This document shows, piece after piece, positions 37,495 through 46,200 of a stretch of 53,079 nucleotides of DNA. Under the pieces are notes generated by a model. The model saw nothing but the letters and a program-made list of their open reading frames with translations. It was not told the origin of the DNA and ran no database searches. The DNA lies in NCBI GenBank assembly GCA_043757205.1, contig JAYVPU010000226.1:1-53079 (forward strand), written 5' to 3'. The stretch is from Comamonadaceae bacterium. Its GTDB lineage: Bacteria > Pseudomonadota > Gammaproteobacteria > Burkholderiales > Burkholderiaceae_C. The first letter of the stretch is position 1, and each line of letters opens with the position of its first letter. Made by a program: the position numbers and the translations under genes.

Positions 37495-38232
37495 CGCCTT
37501 TGAGTTTGAGTTTGAGTTTGAGTTTGATTTCGCATTGAAGTCATCTGAAAAGCGCAAAAAAATGGTTGCTTCGTTGGTGGTTTTTGGCGTTTGGTGTTGA
37601 TAAGTGGCAGAAACAATGCCGGGTGCTAGCGCTATCAACTGCGTGCCCATGGCGATTGCGGCCTCGCTGCTCATAAAACCCGCCAGCAGCAGTTGCCAAG
37701 TCACGACTCCCTTTTTCTCCAGGCTTTGTTCCGCTTTAACGGGGTAGCCACTTTTTCGCAAGAAGAGAACCAATCTTTGCGCGTTAACTTCCTGCTCGCC
37801 CGCCTCCAGGATCAAGGTCCACGGCGCGTTGGCATAAAGCCGAACGGGCCCATCACCCATTGGCCCACCCTCTAGTGGCAGGCTTTTTGCCGAGGGGCTG
37901 CCGACACGAACGCGACCCTGCATCGCGTTACCTGTGCTGCCACTGCCCTGGTCTTGCCATTCCCACATGCTGTTCTCATGCAACTCAACCTGCTCCTGGT
38001 CCAGTCGCACCAGCACTTTGCCTGCGCGCCCCGTGGTGATCAAAGTCTGACCGGTAATCGGCGTGCCCGCTTGGGCGGGCTCATTTCCAAGCCGTGTTTC
38101 AACCCACGCGGGGGGGCTCACCCATTCGATAAAAGGCGCACCCGTTGCGTCGTTCAGCAGGGCGCAGAACACAAGGAAGACATAGAACTTTGGTATGCTT
38201 CGCGTTTTTAGAAAATGCAAGGAATTGATCAT
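37477..38232 (-). CDS. exported FecR-like / SPOR-like two-domain protein
   Basis: Signal peptide KTRSIPKFYVFLVFCALLNDATGA. FecR-like stretch AQAGTPITGQTLITTGRAGKVLVRLDQEQVELHENS. C-terminal beta-alpha-beta-beta-alpha-beta segment WTLILEAGEQEVNAQRLVLFLRKSGYPVKAE...TWQLLLAGFMSSEAAIAMG is SPOR-like. The tail is (SN)4. Confidence 0.55.
   Translation of the reverse strand: MINSLHFLKTRSIPKFYVFLVFCALLNDATGAPFIEWVSPPAWVETRLGNEPAQAGTPITGQTLITTGRAGKVLVRLDQEQVELHENSMWEWQDQGSGSTGNAMQGRVRVGSPSAKSLPLEGGPMGDGPVRLYANAPWTLILEAGEQEVNAQRLVLFLRKSGYPVKAEQSLEKKGVVTWQLLLAGFMSSEAAIAMGTQLIALAPGIVSATYQHQTPKTTNEATIFLRFSDDFNAKSNSNSNSNSKALGVRP
37482..37530. repeat. two adjacent microsatellites: (GCCTAAC)x2.6 and (TTTGAG)x4 plus one degenerate unit
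   Basis: gcctaac gcctaac gcct (37482-37499), then tttgag x4 and tttgat (37499-37528). They lie in the overlapping 3' ends of the two convergent ORFs. Confidence 0.9.
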
Positions 38233-38947
38233 GAGTAGCGTGATGTTTTACGAAAAACCAGTGGCTGTTAACCGCGATCAACATCGCAGCAGCAAAATTG
38301 GTTCCGTCCCCAACTTTTCATTTTCCGGAAAAACCAATTCAGTGCCTCTGTCAGGCGTTGAGTTTATCGAAGCCTGCAAAGAGTATCCGATTGTGTTTGC
38401 CAAAGTGGGCGACCGCAAAGTCCCCGTGGCCCTGTTAGGCCTGCGCGACAACGACAACCTCTATGTCAAAGCTGACGGCACATGGGACGCCCGCTACATC
38501 CCCGCCTTTGTGCGCCGCTATCCCTTTGTGCTGGCTGAAAAAGGCGCTGACGAATTCGTCGTCTGCATTGATGAAGCCTCATCCGCCTTCAACGCGCCCG
38601 AGGGCCAAGCCCTGTTTGACAAAGACGGTGTCAACACCCCTTTCCTCGACGGTGCGTTGAACTTCCTCAACTCCTACCAAGCGCAAACCCAGCGCACGAA
38701 TGCCTTTTGCAAGCAACTGGACGACATGGGCCTGTTCACCGAGATGTCGGCCAAGTCGGAGCTGGTGGACGGTCGTACCTTCCTCTTCAGCGGCCTGTAT
38801 GTGGTTGACGAAGCCAAGCTGATGGCGCTCACCGCCAAGGCCGCCGTGAACCTGCTCAAATCAGGCGAAGCCGGTTGGATCTATGCCCACCTCATTTCCC
38901 TGTCCAACATGAGTCGCTTGGTCGATCGCATCTCGACCAAGGCCTGA
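38231..38947 (+). CDS. SapC family protein
   Basis: MFYEKPVAVNRDQHRSSKI...YPIVFAK...VPVALLGL...YIPAFVRRYPFVL...FLNSYQ fits SapC (PF07277) along its length. The start may be 38243. The ORF is open from 38195. Confidence 0.8.
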   Translation: MSSVMFYEKPVAVNRDQHRSSKIGSVPNFSFSGKTNSVPLSGVEFIEACKEYPIVFAKVGDRKVPVALLGLRDNDNLYVKADGTWDARYIPAFVRRYPFVLAEKGADEFVVCIDEASSAFNAPEGQALFDKDGVNTPFLDGALNFLNSYQAQTQRTNAFCKQLDDMGLFTEMSAKSELVDGRTFLFSGLYVVDEAKLMALTAKAAVNLLKSGEAGWIYAHLISLSNMSRLVDRISTKA

Positions 38948-38948
38948 G

Positions 38949-40058
38949 CTACAGATCGCCGATCATCACCGCAGTGAGCATCGGCTGATCCAGCATTGCC
39001 CCTGGCTGTTTAACAGTCGCGCCCGCCGCCTCGGCGTCGGCGCGACTCGCAAAAACTCCATAAAAAACCCGCAAACGTCCGCCTGGGGCGGGCAATACAA
39101 ACAGCGGCCGGTCTGGGGGCAGGCTGCTCAGCACATCCAGCGAGGCGGTAACCGGCAGGCTACCCACCTCCAGCGTGAACCCCGTGGCCATTTGCTCGGA
39201 CAAACGTGCCCGGCTGATGTCGATGGCCGCTTGCGTAGCTTCTGGAACCACCACAGGGGGTGGGGGCGGCGTTGGCGTCGGCACCACAGGGGTGGGCATC
39301 ACCTTCTCTGGTGTGGCGGTACTCAAGCGCGTGGGCTCCAAGGTTCGAACAAACGACCAGGCCAGCAATGCCAAACCCACGGCACCCAGCATTAACCAGA
39401 GGACAGCCGTTTTGTCCGCGCCTTTGCGGGGCAACACGGCAGGCGGTGTGGCTGGTAAAGCTAGGCTCGGCAGTTCAGGCCTGGGCTCGTCCACAGGCAG
39501 CGGTATCGTGTTTTCCCAGACGACGTCTTCCTCAGCCGGCAAAACTGGGTCGAGCGGTTTTGCCGCCGCCAGTGGCTTGGCGGCAATCACGTCCACCCGC
39601 ATGGGGGCGGGCGACGAGCGGGCCACCTGCTGAGACTGAATCACCTGATTCAACATCGAATCAAAATCAACATGGTCCAGCAAAACCGGCTGAAACCCGG
39701 CTGAAACCGCCATATTCGCCAAGTCCTTGCGGGCAAACGGGAACAAAATGGCCGGCGCCACCTGGCGCACAAAGCGATGGGCCTCGGCCATGTCGGGCAG
39801 CTCCAGCTCAAAAATCCCGGCCACCGACACCTCAATCAAAAACACATTGCGCCCTGCCAGCCGCGCATGCAGCGAAATGCGCAACACACACTCCATGGCC
39901 CCTGGCCAAGCGGGCTCGGCCAAAGTCTGCATGTCCAGCCCCACCTCGGGCGAAATCGCCTGCTTGGGCAACTCCGCCATGTGAGGCACCTCAACCGAGG
40001 CACCTTTCAGGTAAATGCGAACAATCTTGTACGGCGTGCTGACGGGAACTGAAGTCAT
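38949..40058 (-). CDS. SecB-like chaperone domain fused to Pro-rich linker, one TM helix and a periplasmic SPOR-like domain
   Basis: Residues about 9-150 align by eye with E. coli SecB: YKIVRIYLKGASVE / PEVGLDMQT / ECVLRISLHARL / FLIEVSVAGIFEL / APAILFPFARKDLANMAVSAGFQPVLLDHVDFDSML. The TM helix is AVLWLMLGAVGLALLAWSFV. A PTPVVPTPTPPPPPVVVP spacer follows. The C-terminus is FTLEVGSL...LRVFYGVFASRADAEAAGATV. The ATG at 40058 lies 10 nt after the upstream gene stop. Confidence 0.75.
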   Translation of the reverse strand: MTSVPVSTPYKIVRIYLKGASVEVPHMAELPKQAISPEVGLDMQTLAEPAWPGAMECVLRISLHARLAGRNVFLIEVSVAGIFELELPDMAEAHRFVRQVAPAILFPFARKDLANMAVSAGFQPVLLDHVDFDSMLNQVIQSQQVARSSPAPMRVDVIAAKPLAAAKPLDPVLPAEEDVVWENTIPLPVDEPRPELPSLALPATPPAVLPRKGADKTAVLWLMLGAVGLALLAWSFVRTLEPTRLSTATPEKVMPTPVVPTPTPPPPPVVVPEATQAAIDISRARLSEQMATGFTLEVGSLPVTASLDVLSSLPPDRPLFVLPAPGGRLRVFYGVFASRADAEAAGATVKQPGAMLDQPMLTAVMIGDL

Positions 40059-40068
40059 AAAGTCGGGC

Positions 40069-41178
40069 TCAGCGAGGATCGTAAATGGCCGCAAAGTTTT
40101 GCTGACCCGCGTCAAAGCGCAAATTGCTAAAAGACAAGGAACTGGGTGAAAACTGGTAGTTGTTGCGGCTCACCCGTATCCGCCCAGACCAGCCGGACGG
40201 CATGGAGCAGACATAGCGACCCTGGTTGTCAGTGGGTGCACACTGCGCGCCATCGGCACTCAGCTGCACATTCGCCAGCGCCTCGCCCGTGGCCGCAGAC
40301 CCTGCCCCACCAAACCCGGACGACAAACGCACCACCCCGCTCACGCTCACAGGTGCCGGGGTAAAAGCAGGGGAGAGGACAGGAGGAGGCGCAGGCGCGA
40401 CGGCGGGCACCGCTACCGCGACCGGCACTGCGGGTGCCGCCGCCACGGCCCGCTCAGGCACCGCCAGAGGGGTGGGCGGCGTCTGCACGGGTAGTGTCGG
40501 TGTCGGTGCCGATGCCGATGCCGATGCCGGTGCAGATGCCACAGCCACCATCACCTTGTACCCGGTCACAGGGTTGGGCTGTGCATCACCCGCACCCCAT
40601 CGCAACACGGTGTTCTTGCTCTTCTTTTTGGTTTTGTCGGGGGTGCCCGTCAATGCCAGCAAGAAATCATCCCCCCCTGATAGCCCGACCACGCGCGTGA
40701 GCCCGGACACCCGCATCGGCGTGCTTTGAATCCTGAAAATATCAACCGGGCTGCGACCCAGCTGCCCCTTGTTATTGGCACCCCAGACCCAAACCGTGCC
40801 ATCGGCCAGCAACGCAGCACTGTGCTGCGTGCCCGCACTCACCGCCAAAGCCTGCCCGGCCAGGCCCGTGACCAGCGACGCCCCCGCCACGGGCCGAGAG
40901 TGGCCCAAGCCCAATTGCCCGCTGCTGTTGTCACCCCAGGCCCACACCTTGCCTGCGGCGTCCACCCCGAGTGAATGCCGCGCACCCTTCGCAAGCGCAG
41001 CCCATTTGCGGTCTGCCAGGGGCGCGGGCGCGCTACTCCCCCAAACGGGGGATAGCACAACACATAAAGCGGCCAACATTGCAAGCCAGCGCATGCAGCC
41101 AGACGCCAAAGCTGCCCTAACAAATTGATACATCCGTGATCCAAAAAAGACGGGTCGGGCCCGCTCTGCCCAGCCCAT
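40069..41178 (-). CDS. secreted RCC1-repeat protein with Ala/Pro/Thr linker and carboxypeptidase-regulatory-like C-terminal domain
   Basis: RCC1-type repeats HSLGVDAAGKVWAWGDNSSGQLGLG and HSAALLADGTVWVWGANNKGQLG. (AS)n/PT-rich linker. The C-terminus VSGVVRL...ANVQLSADGAQCAPTDNQGRYVCSMPSGWSGRIRVS resembles a CarboxypepD_reg beta-sandwich. Three in-frame ATGs are possible starts (41178, 41133, 41094). Confidence 0.68.
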   Translation of the reverse strand: MGWAERARPVFFGSRMYQFVRAALASGCMRWLAMLAALCVVLSPVWGSSAPAPLADRKWAALAKGARHSLGVDAAGKVWAWGDNSSGQLGLGHSRPVAGASLVTGLAGQALAVSAGTQHSAALLADGTVWVWGANNKGQLGRSPVDIFRIQSTPMRVSGLTRVVGLSGGDDFLLALTGTPDKTKKKSKNTVLRWGAGDAQPNPVTGYKVMVAVASAPASASASAPTPTLPVQTPPTPLAVPERAVAAAPAVPVAVAVPAVAPAPPPVLSPAFTPAPVSVSGVVRLSSGFGGAGSAATGEALANVQLSADGAQCAPTDNQGRYVCSMPSGWSGRIRVSRNNYQFSPSSLSFSNLRFDAGQQNFAAIYDPR

Positions 41179-41328
41179 ACCTGATTAATGCGGTCGATGC
41201 TAACACCAGCCCCAAGGTCTTCTTTCATTCGCGCCAACACGTATTCAGGGTTCTCCCTTGGTTTGATTACTGAGTGGCGTGTTGTTGATCAAGTAGTGAG
41301 TTTTTGAAAGAAATTTTTGACTTTCGCA

Positions 41329-41337
41329 TGGTATAAA
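41329..41337 (+). promoter_or_regulatory. candidate extended -10 promoter (TGgTATAAA) facing the tpsBA operon
   Basis: TGGTATAAA at 41329-41337, inside the AT-rich 300-bp divergent intergenic region. No good -35 is present. Confidence 0.3.
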
Positions 41338-41380
41338 AGCGGCTGTAAATTTTCGTAACGAGTGTGTCCTGCACACTTTA

Positions 41381-41406
41381 AGGGGGTTTTGCCCCCTCAT
41401 TTTTTG
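41381..41406 (+). terminator. intrinsic-terminator-like hairpin plus T-run in the tpsB leader (possible attenuator or small-RNA end)
   Basis: aggggg-ttttg-ccccct followed by cattttttgattgattt. It is preceded by a second hairpin, agtgtg-tcctg-cacact (41361-41377). It works only in the + orientation. No upstream + strand gene exists for it to terminate. Confidence 0.45.
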
Positions 41407-41483
41407 ATTGATTTGCGCCTGATTCCCCAGCGGGCGTTCAAAGTTTGTGGTTTTTTGTGAAATGAGCGGAGGGGTATTAAAAA

Positions 41484-43262
41484 ATGTTTTTAAAAGAAAG
41501 TCATCCCATGGAATCAACGTTGAATAAAAGCACCCTGTCCCAAGCCATCGGCTTGCTGATTGCGCTGGGTGCGTTCGGTTTAAACCCAGCCCTGGCCCAA
41601 GTTCAACCCGATGCAGGCTCTCTAATGACCACGCCTGCTGCGCCCATGACGGCTCCCCCCAAAGCCCCTGTTTTTGAAATCCAGCAAGACGTGCGTCCCG
41701 TGCTGGTGGTGCCGGGTGGCGTCAAGGTCAAAGTCAATGGCTTCAAAGTCACGGGCAACACCGCTTACCCCTCCGCTGAGCTTGAAGGCCTGCTGAGCAT
41801 GCAAGTTGGCAAAGAGCTTGACCTGGCCGGGCTGGACGAAGCCGCCAGCCTCATCAGCCAGTACTACCGCAACCAGGGCTACTTTGTGGCCCGCGCCTAC
41901 CTGCCCGCCCAAGAAGTGGCCAGCGGCAACATCGAAATCTCCGTCATTGAAGGCCGCCTGGGTGCCGTCAAGCTGGAGCGCAAAGGCGAAACTCGCCTGA
42001 TGGACGAAGTCGCCCAAGGCATCGTGGCTGACGCCTCCCCTATTGGCTCCCCCATTAAAGACCGCAGCATTGAGCGCGGCCTCATGCTCCTCAACGACCT
42101 GCCCGGCGTTGAAGTCAAATCCACGCTGGTGCCCGGTGCCAGCGTCGGTACCTCTGACCTCGTGGTTGAAACCACCCAAGGCCCGCTGATCAATGGCGCG
42201 GTTGACGCCGACAACTTTGGCAACAGATTCACCGGTGCTACCCGTGTGGGCGGCACCGTCAACATCAACGACCCCTCCGGCCGCGGCGACCAGGTCATCC
42301 TGCGCGGCATGGCCTCTGGCCTGGGCGGCGCCAACGGCGACGGTGGCATGCGCTACTTCCGCGGTGCCTACAGCCTGCCCGTGGGCACGGCCGGCACCAA
42401 GCTGGGCGTGGCTTACACCGGCATGAACTACACACTGGGCCAAGACTTTGCAGCGCTCAACGCCAACGGCACCTCCAGCATTGGCAGCCTCTTTGCGGTT
42501 CACCCCTTCGTGCGCTCACGCAACGCCAACCTGTATGGCACGGCCAGCTTTGACAACAAGCGCATCCAAGACAATCAAAACGGCATCAACACCGCCGACA
42601 AAGGCATCAACGTCCTGGCCTTGGGCCTATCCGGTGACTCGCGCGACGGCTACGGCGGCGGCGGCATGACCAGCGGCAGCCTGACCGTCTCTGGCGGCAA
42701 CATCACACTGGACAACGCCAACTTCAACGCCAACGACGCCATCACTGCCCAAACCAGCGGCAGCTACGGCAAATTGACCTACGGCCTCACCCGCTTGCAG
42801 CGTGTGGACGACGACTGGTCTATGTACGCTGCCTTCAGTGGCCAAGCCGCCAACAAAAACCTCGACTCCTCTGAGAAATTCGTCCTGGGCGGCATGGGCG
42901 TGCGCGCCTACCCCCAGGGTGAAGCCGCTGGCGACGAAGGCCAGTTGCTCAACCTTGAAGCCCGCTACAACGTGCCCGGCCTCAAGCTCCAGCTCACCGG
43001 CTTCTTTGACATGGGCCGTGTCAACCTGCACAAAAACACCTGGACCGGCTGGCAGCCTGTCGGCCTGCCCGGCTTCCCCAACAGCTACAACCTGGCCGGT
43101 TTTGGCTTGGGTGCCAACTTCTACGAAGAATCCAACTACACCATCCGCGCCAGCCTGGCCTGGAAGATCGGTAGCAACCCTGGTGCATCGGCCACCGGGC
43201 TTGACTCTGACAACAACAACACCAGCCCACGTCTGTGGCTGCAAGCCACCAAACAGTTCTGA
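41484..43262 (+). CDS. ShlB/FhaC/HecB family two-partner secretion outer-membrane transporter (TpsB)
   Basis: Signal peptide ...LIALGAFGLNPALA. POTRA region VNGFKVTGNTAYPSAELEGLL...ISQYYRNQGYFVARAYLPAQEV..GNIEISVIEGRLG. C-terminal beta-barrel ending in ...WLQATKQF. The start is 41484 (GGAGG upstream) or 41508. Confidence 0.92.
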   Translation: MFLKESHPMESTLNKSTLSQAIGLLIALGAFGLNPALAQVQPDAGSLMTTPAAPMTAPPKAPVFEIQQDVRPVLVVPGGVKVKVNGFKVTGNTAYPSAELEGLLSMQVGKELDLAGLDEAASLISQYYRNQGYFVARAYLPAQEVASGNIEISVIEGRLGAVKLERKGETRLMDEVAQGIVADASPIGSPIKDRSIERGLMLLNDLPGVEVKSTLVPGASVGTSDLVVETTQGPLINGAVDADNFGNRFTGATRVGGTVNINDPSGRGDQVILRGMASGLGGANGDGGMRYFRGAYSLPVGTAGTKLGVAYTGMNYTLGQDFAALNANGTSSIGSLFAVHPFVRSRNANLYGTASFDNKRIQDNQNGINTADKGINVLALGLSGDSRDGYGGGGMTSGSLTVSGGNITLDNANFNANDAITAQTSGSYGKLTYGLTRLQRVDDDWSMYAAFSGQAANKNLDSSEKFVLGGMGVRAYPQGEAAGDEGQLLNLEARYNVPGLKLQLTGFFDMGRVNLHKNTWTGWQPVGLPGFPNSYNLAGFGLGANFYEESNYTIRASLAWKIGSNPGASATGLDSDNNNTSPRLWLQATKQF

Positions 43263-43285
43263 TTCATACCGTGAGCAAGCACACC

Positions 43286-46200
43286 ATGACCAACACCACA
43301 GCATCCAACGCATCTAACAGTCGCAACAACGCATCCGGGAGCAACGCAGTGAATCAAGCAAAAACGGGTAACAAAACCTTCAATAAGATCAAAGCCACTG
43401 TTTATAAAGTCAAAGTCTCAGGCGGCAAAACCCTCACCTACATCTTCCGTCCGCGCCTGCGCATCAGCGCCCTGCTGCGGGCACTGCTCAGCACCTTCAT
43501 CGCCACCATCTCTGGCCACGCCCTGGCGCTAGACGTCAACGCACTGCCCACCGGCGGCGCGGTAGGCGCAGGCAGTGGCAACATCACCACCACCGGCAAC
43601 GCCATGCAGGTGACCCAGGCCACCCAGAACATGGTGGTCAACTGGAACACCTTCAACATCGGTGCCAACTCAGCAGTCAATTTTGCGCAGCCCAACAGCA
43701 GCGCCGTGGCCCTGAACCGCGTCACCAGCACAGACCCCTCCCTCATCTTCGGTAGCCTCACCTCCAACGGCCAGGTCTTCTTAACCAACCCCTCTGGCGT
43801 GCTCTTCGGTGCCACGGCCCGGGTAGACGTGGGCGGCCTGGTGGCCACCACCCTCAGCATCTCTGACGGCGACTTCCTCGCCGGTGCCAGCACCGGCAAA
43901 TACACCTTCTCTGGCAACGGCACGGCTTCCGTCGTCAACCTCGGCACCATCAACGCGGCCCAAGGCGGCTACATCGCCCTGCTGGCCCCTGAAGTCCGCA
44001 ACGAAGGCATCATCACCGCCCGCATGGGCACCGTGGCCCTGGCCGGTGGCAACAGCGTCACGCTCGACATGGCTGGCGACGGCCTCATTAAAGTGGCTGT
44101 GAATACCGGTGCCGTTAACGCCCTGGCCAGCAACAAAGGCCTCATCCAGGCCGACGGCGGCATGGTGTACCTGGGTGCCAAAGGCGCGGGTGATCTGGCT
44201 GCAACGGTGGTGAACAACGAAGGCATCATTGAAGCCAAAAGCCTGGTTGAGCGCGGCGGCAAGATCATGCTGGAGGCGCTGGGCGCTGGCGCAGTGGCCA
44301 CCAACAGCGGCACGCTTGATACGTCTGGTGTGGGCTCGGCCAGTGGTGGTGATATCCGCGTATTGGCGATGGACGGCACGGCTACACTGGATGCCAACTC
44401 TGTCATTTTGGCAAAGGGTGGTGACCAGGGTGGTAATGGTGGTGTCGTCGAACTCTCCGGTAAACACTTCAACTACGCCGGTGTGGTGAACACATTGGCA
44501 CCGCAAGGGCAAACCGGTCAACTGATTATTGACCCGGCCAACGTGTTGATTACTGATGGTGCTTCTGCCGGGGGTTATACGGCTACGCCTGGCAATGTGG
44601 GCACCGATACGATTACCGCCGGGACGATTCAATTCATCACGGGCACTACCGGGTTGAATCTTCAGGCCACAGATGGGATTGCATCAGTCGCTACCAGTAT
44701 CACGGGCGGGGGGCAGAACCTTGGCTTGACATTGATCGCTGGTGGCACACCGACCTCCATTAACGTGGGTACCACGCCCATCGCTTTGGGTACAGGTGCA
44801 TTGACGGTCACGGCCATTGGTACGGCTAACGTGATCGTGGGTGGTGTTACAGGTGCAGGTTTGACGGTGACATCGGGCACTGGTCAGATTACCTTGAACA
44901 ATGCAGTGAATGTGGGTACGGGTGCAATTTCCGTCACTGGTGGTGGCATTGTCGGCACATCAGGTGCAGCAACATTGACCGGTGGAAATGTTTCCCTGAC
45001 CTCGGGTGGCACACAAAATCTGGCAATCGGTGCTGCCGTCACGGCTTCAGGTGCTACAACCTTGACCGGTGCACATGACCTAACCATTGGCGGCGCCTTG
45101 TCTTCCGGTGGTACGGTGAACCTGACTTCATCCAATGTGATTGCAGTCAATAGCAACGTTACCGCAACGAATCAGACGATTAACTTCAACGGCATGAACA
45201 CGCTCACGACCGCAGGGTCAGTGAATGCGGGTGCTGGAACGATCAACATCCTGCCTACCGCTGGAACAACAGTGGGTCTGGGTGGTGGTACAGGTGCCGT
45301 GCAAATTTCGGATGCTAATCTCACGGCCATGACCGCCACAACGGTCAATATCGGCACAGGTGGTGCGACCACCAACAATACAACGGTTGGGACTTTGAGC
45401 CCAGCAGCCACGATTGGTACCTTGAATATTAAGGCAGGTAATGCGGGTACGATCACGCAAGACGGTGGCACGGGTATTGATATTTCTGCAGTTGCAACCA
45501 ACGTCAACTTCATCGCAGGTGCGGGCGTAGGCACCGGCGCTACCCCAATACTGTTTAATACGGCTGTTGGCAAAGGCACCCTGGGTGCAAACACTTCGGG
45601 TGGCACGGGTGACATTTACCTCCATTCCGCAGCCAACGTCGATACGGGTACGTTGGCTATTACCACGGCCGCAGGTGCTCAAAACATTCGTGTTTCTACT
45701 GCAGGCACCTTGACGGTTCCCGTGGCTGGCCTGTCTGCCGCAACCGACAACGTCACTTTGCGCGCTGACAATGAAACCATCAGCGGCACAGTCACAGCCA
45801 ACAGTGTCACGCTGGATCAGTTCAACACAGCTACAACCGTTAATGTCGGTGGCGCTGATGGCGTTGGCGTTTTGGGCGTTAACGCAGCCGAACAGGCACT
45901 GCTCGCCGCAGCCACCGTGCGCTTGGGTCGCTCTGATGGCGGTGCGCTGAATGTGTCTGCTAACACCGGTTTGAATGGTGCAACCACTGCGCTGCATCTG
46001 AAATCAGGCTCAACCGTGGGTCAGTCAGCGGCCACCGTCATCAATGTGGCTGGCTTGGCCGTCACGGCTGGTGGCACGGTGACTTTGGATCAAGCCAACA
46101 CCGTCAACAATTTCGCAGCTTCGGCTGCTAGTCAGCGTGTGGACTTCAAGAACACTGGCAGCATCGATGTGGGGCAGACGGTTGACAGCGTGGCAGGCAT

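Noticed and set aside
40508-40540. (GCCGAT)n tandem repeat considered as a CRISPR-like or regulatory repeat
   Set aside because: It lies inside the RCC1-repeat gene and simply encodes an (Ala-Ser)n linker on the minus strand. There is no spacer structure.
41245-41517. 90-aa minus-strand ORF in the tpsB upstream region
   Set aside because: The low-complexity translation comes from an AT-rich promoter/leader region and overlaps the tpsB start. There is no RBS or family resemblance.
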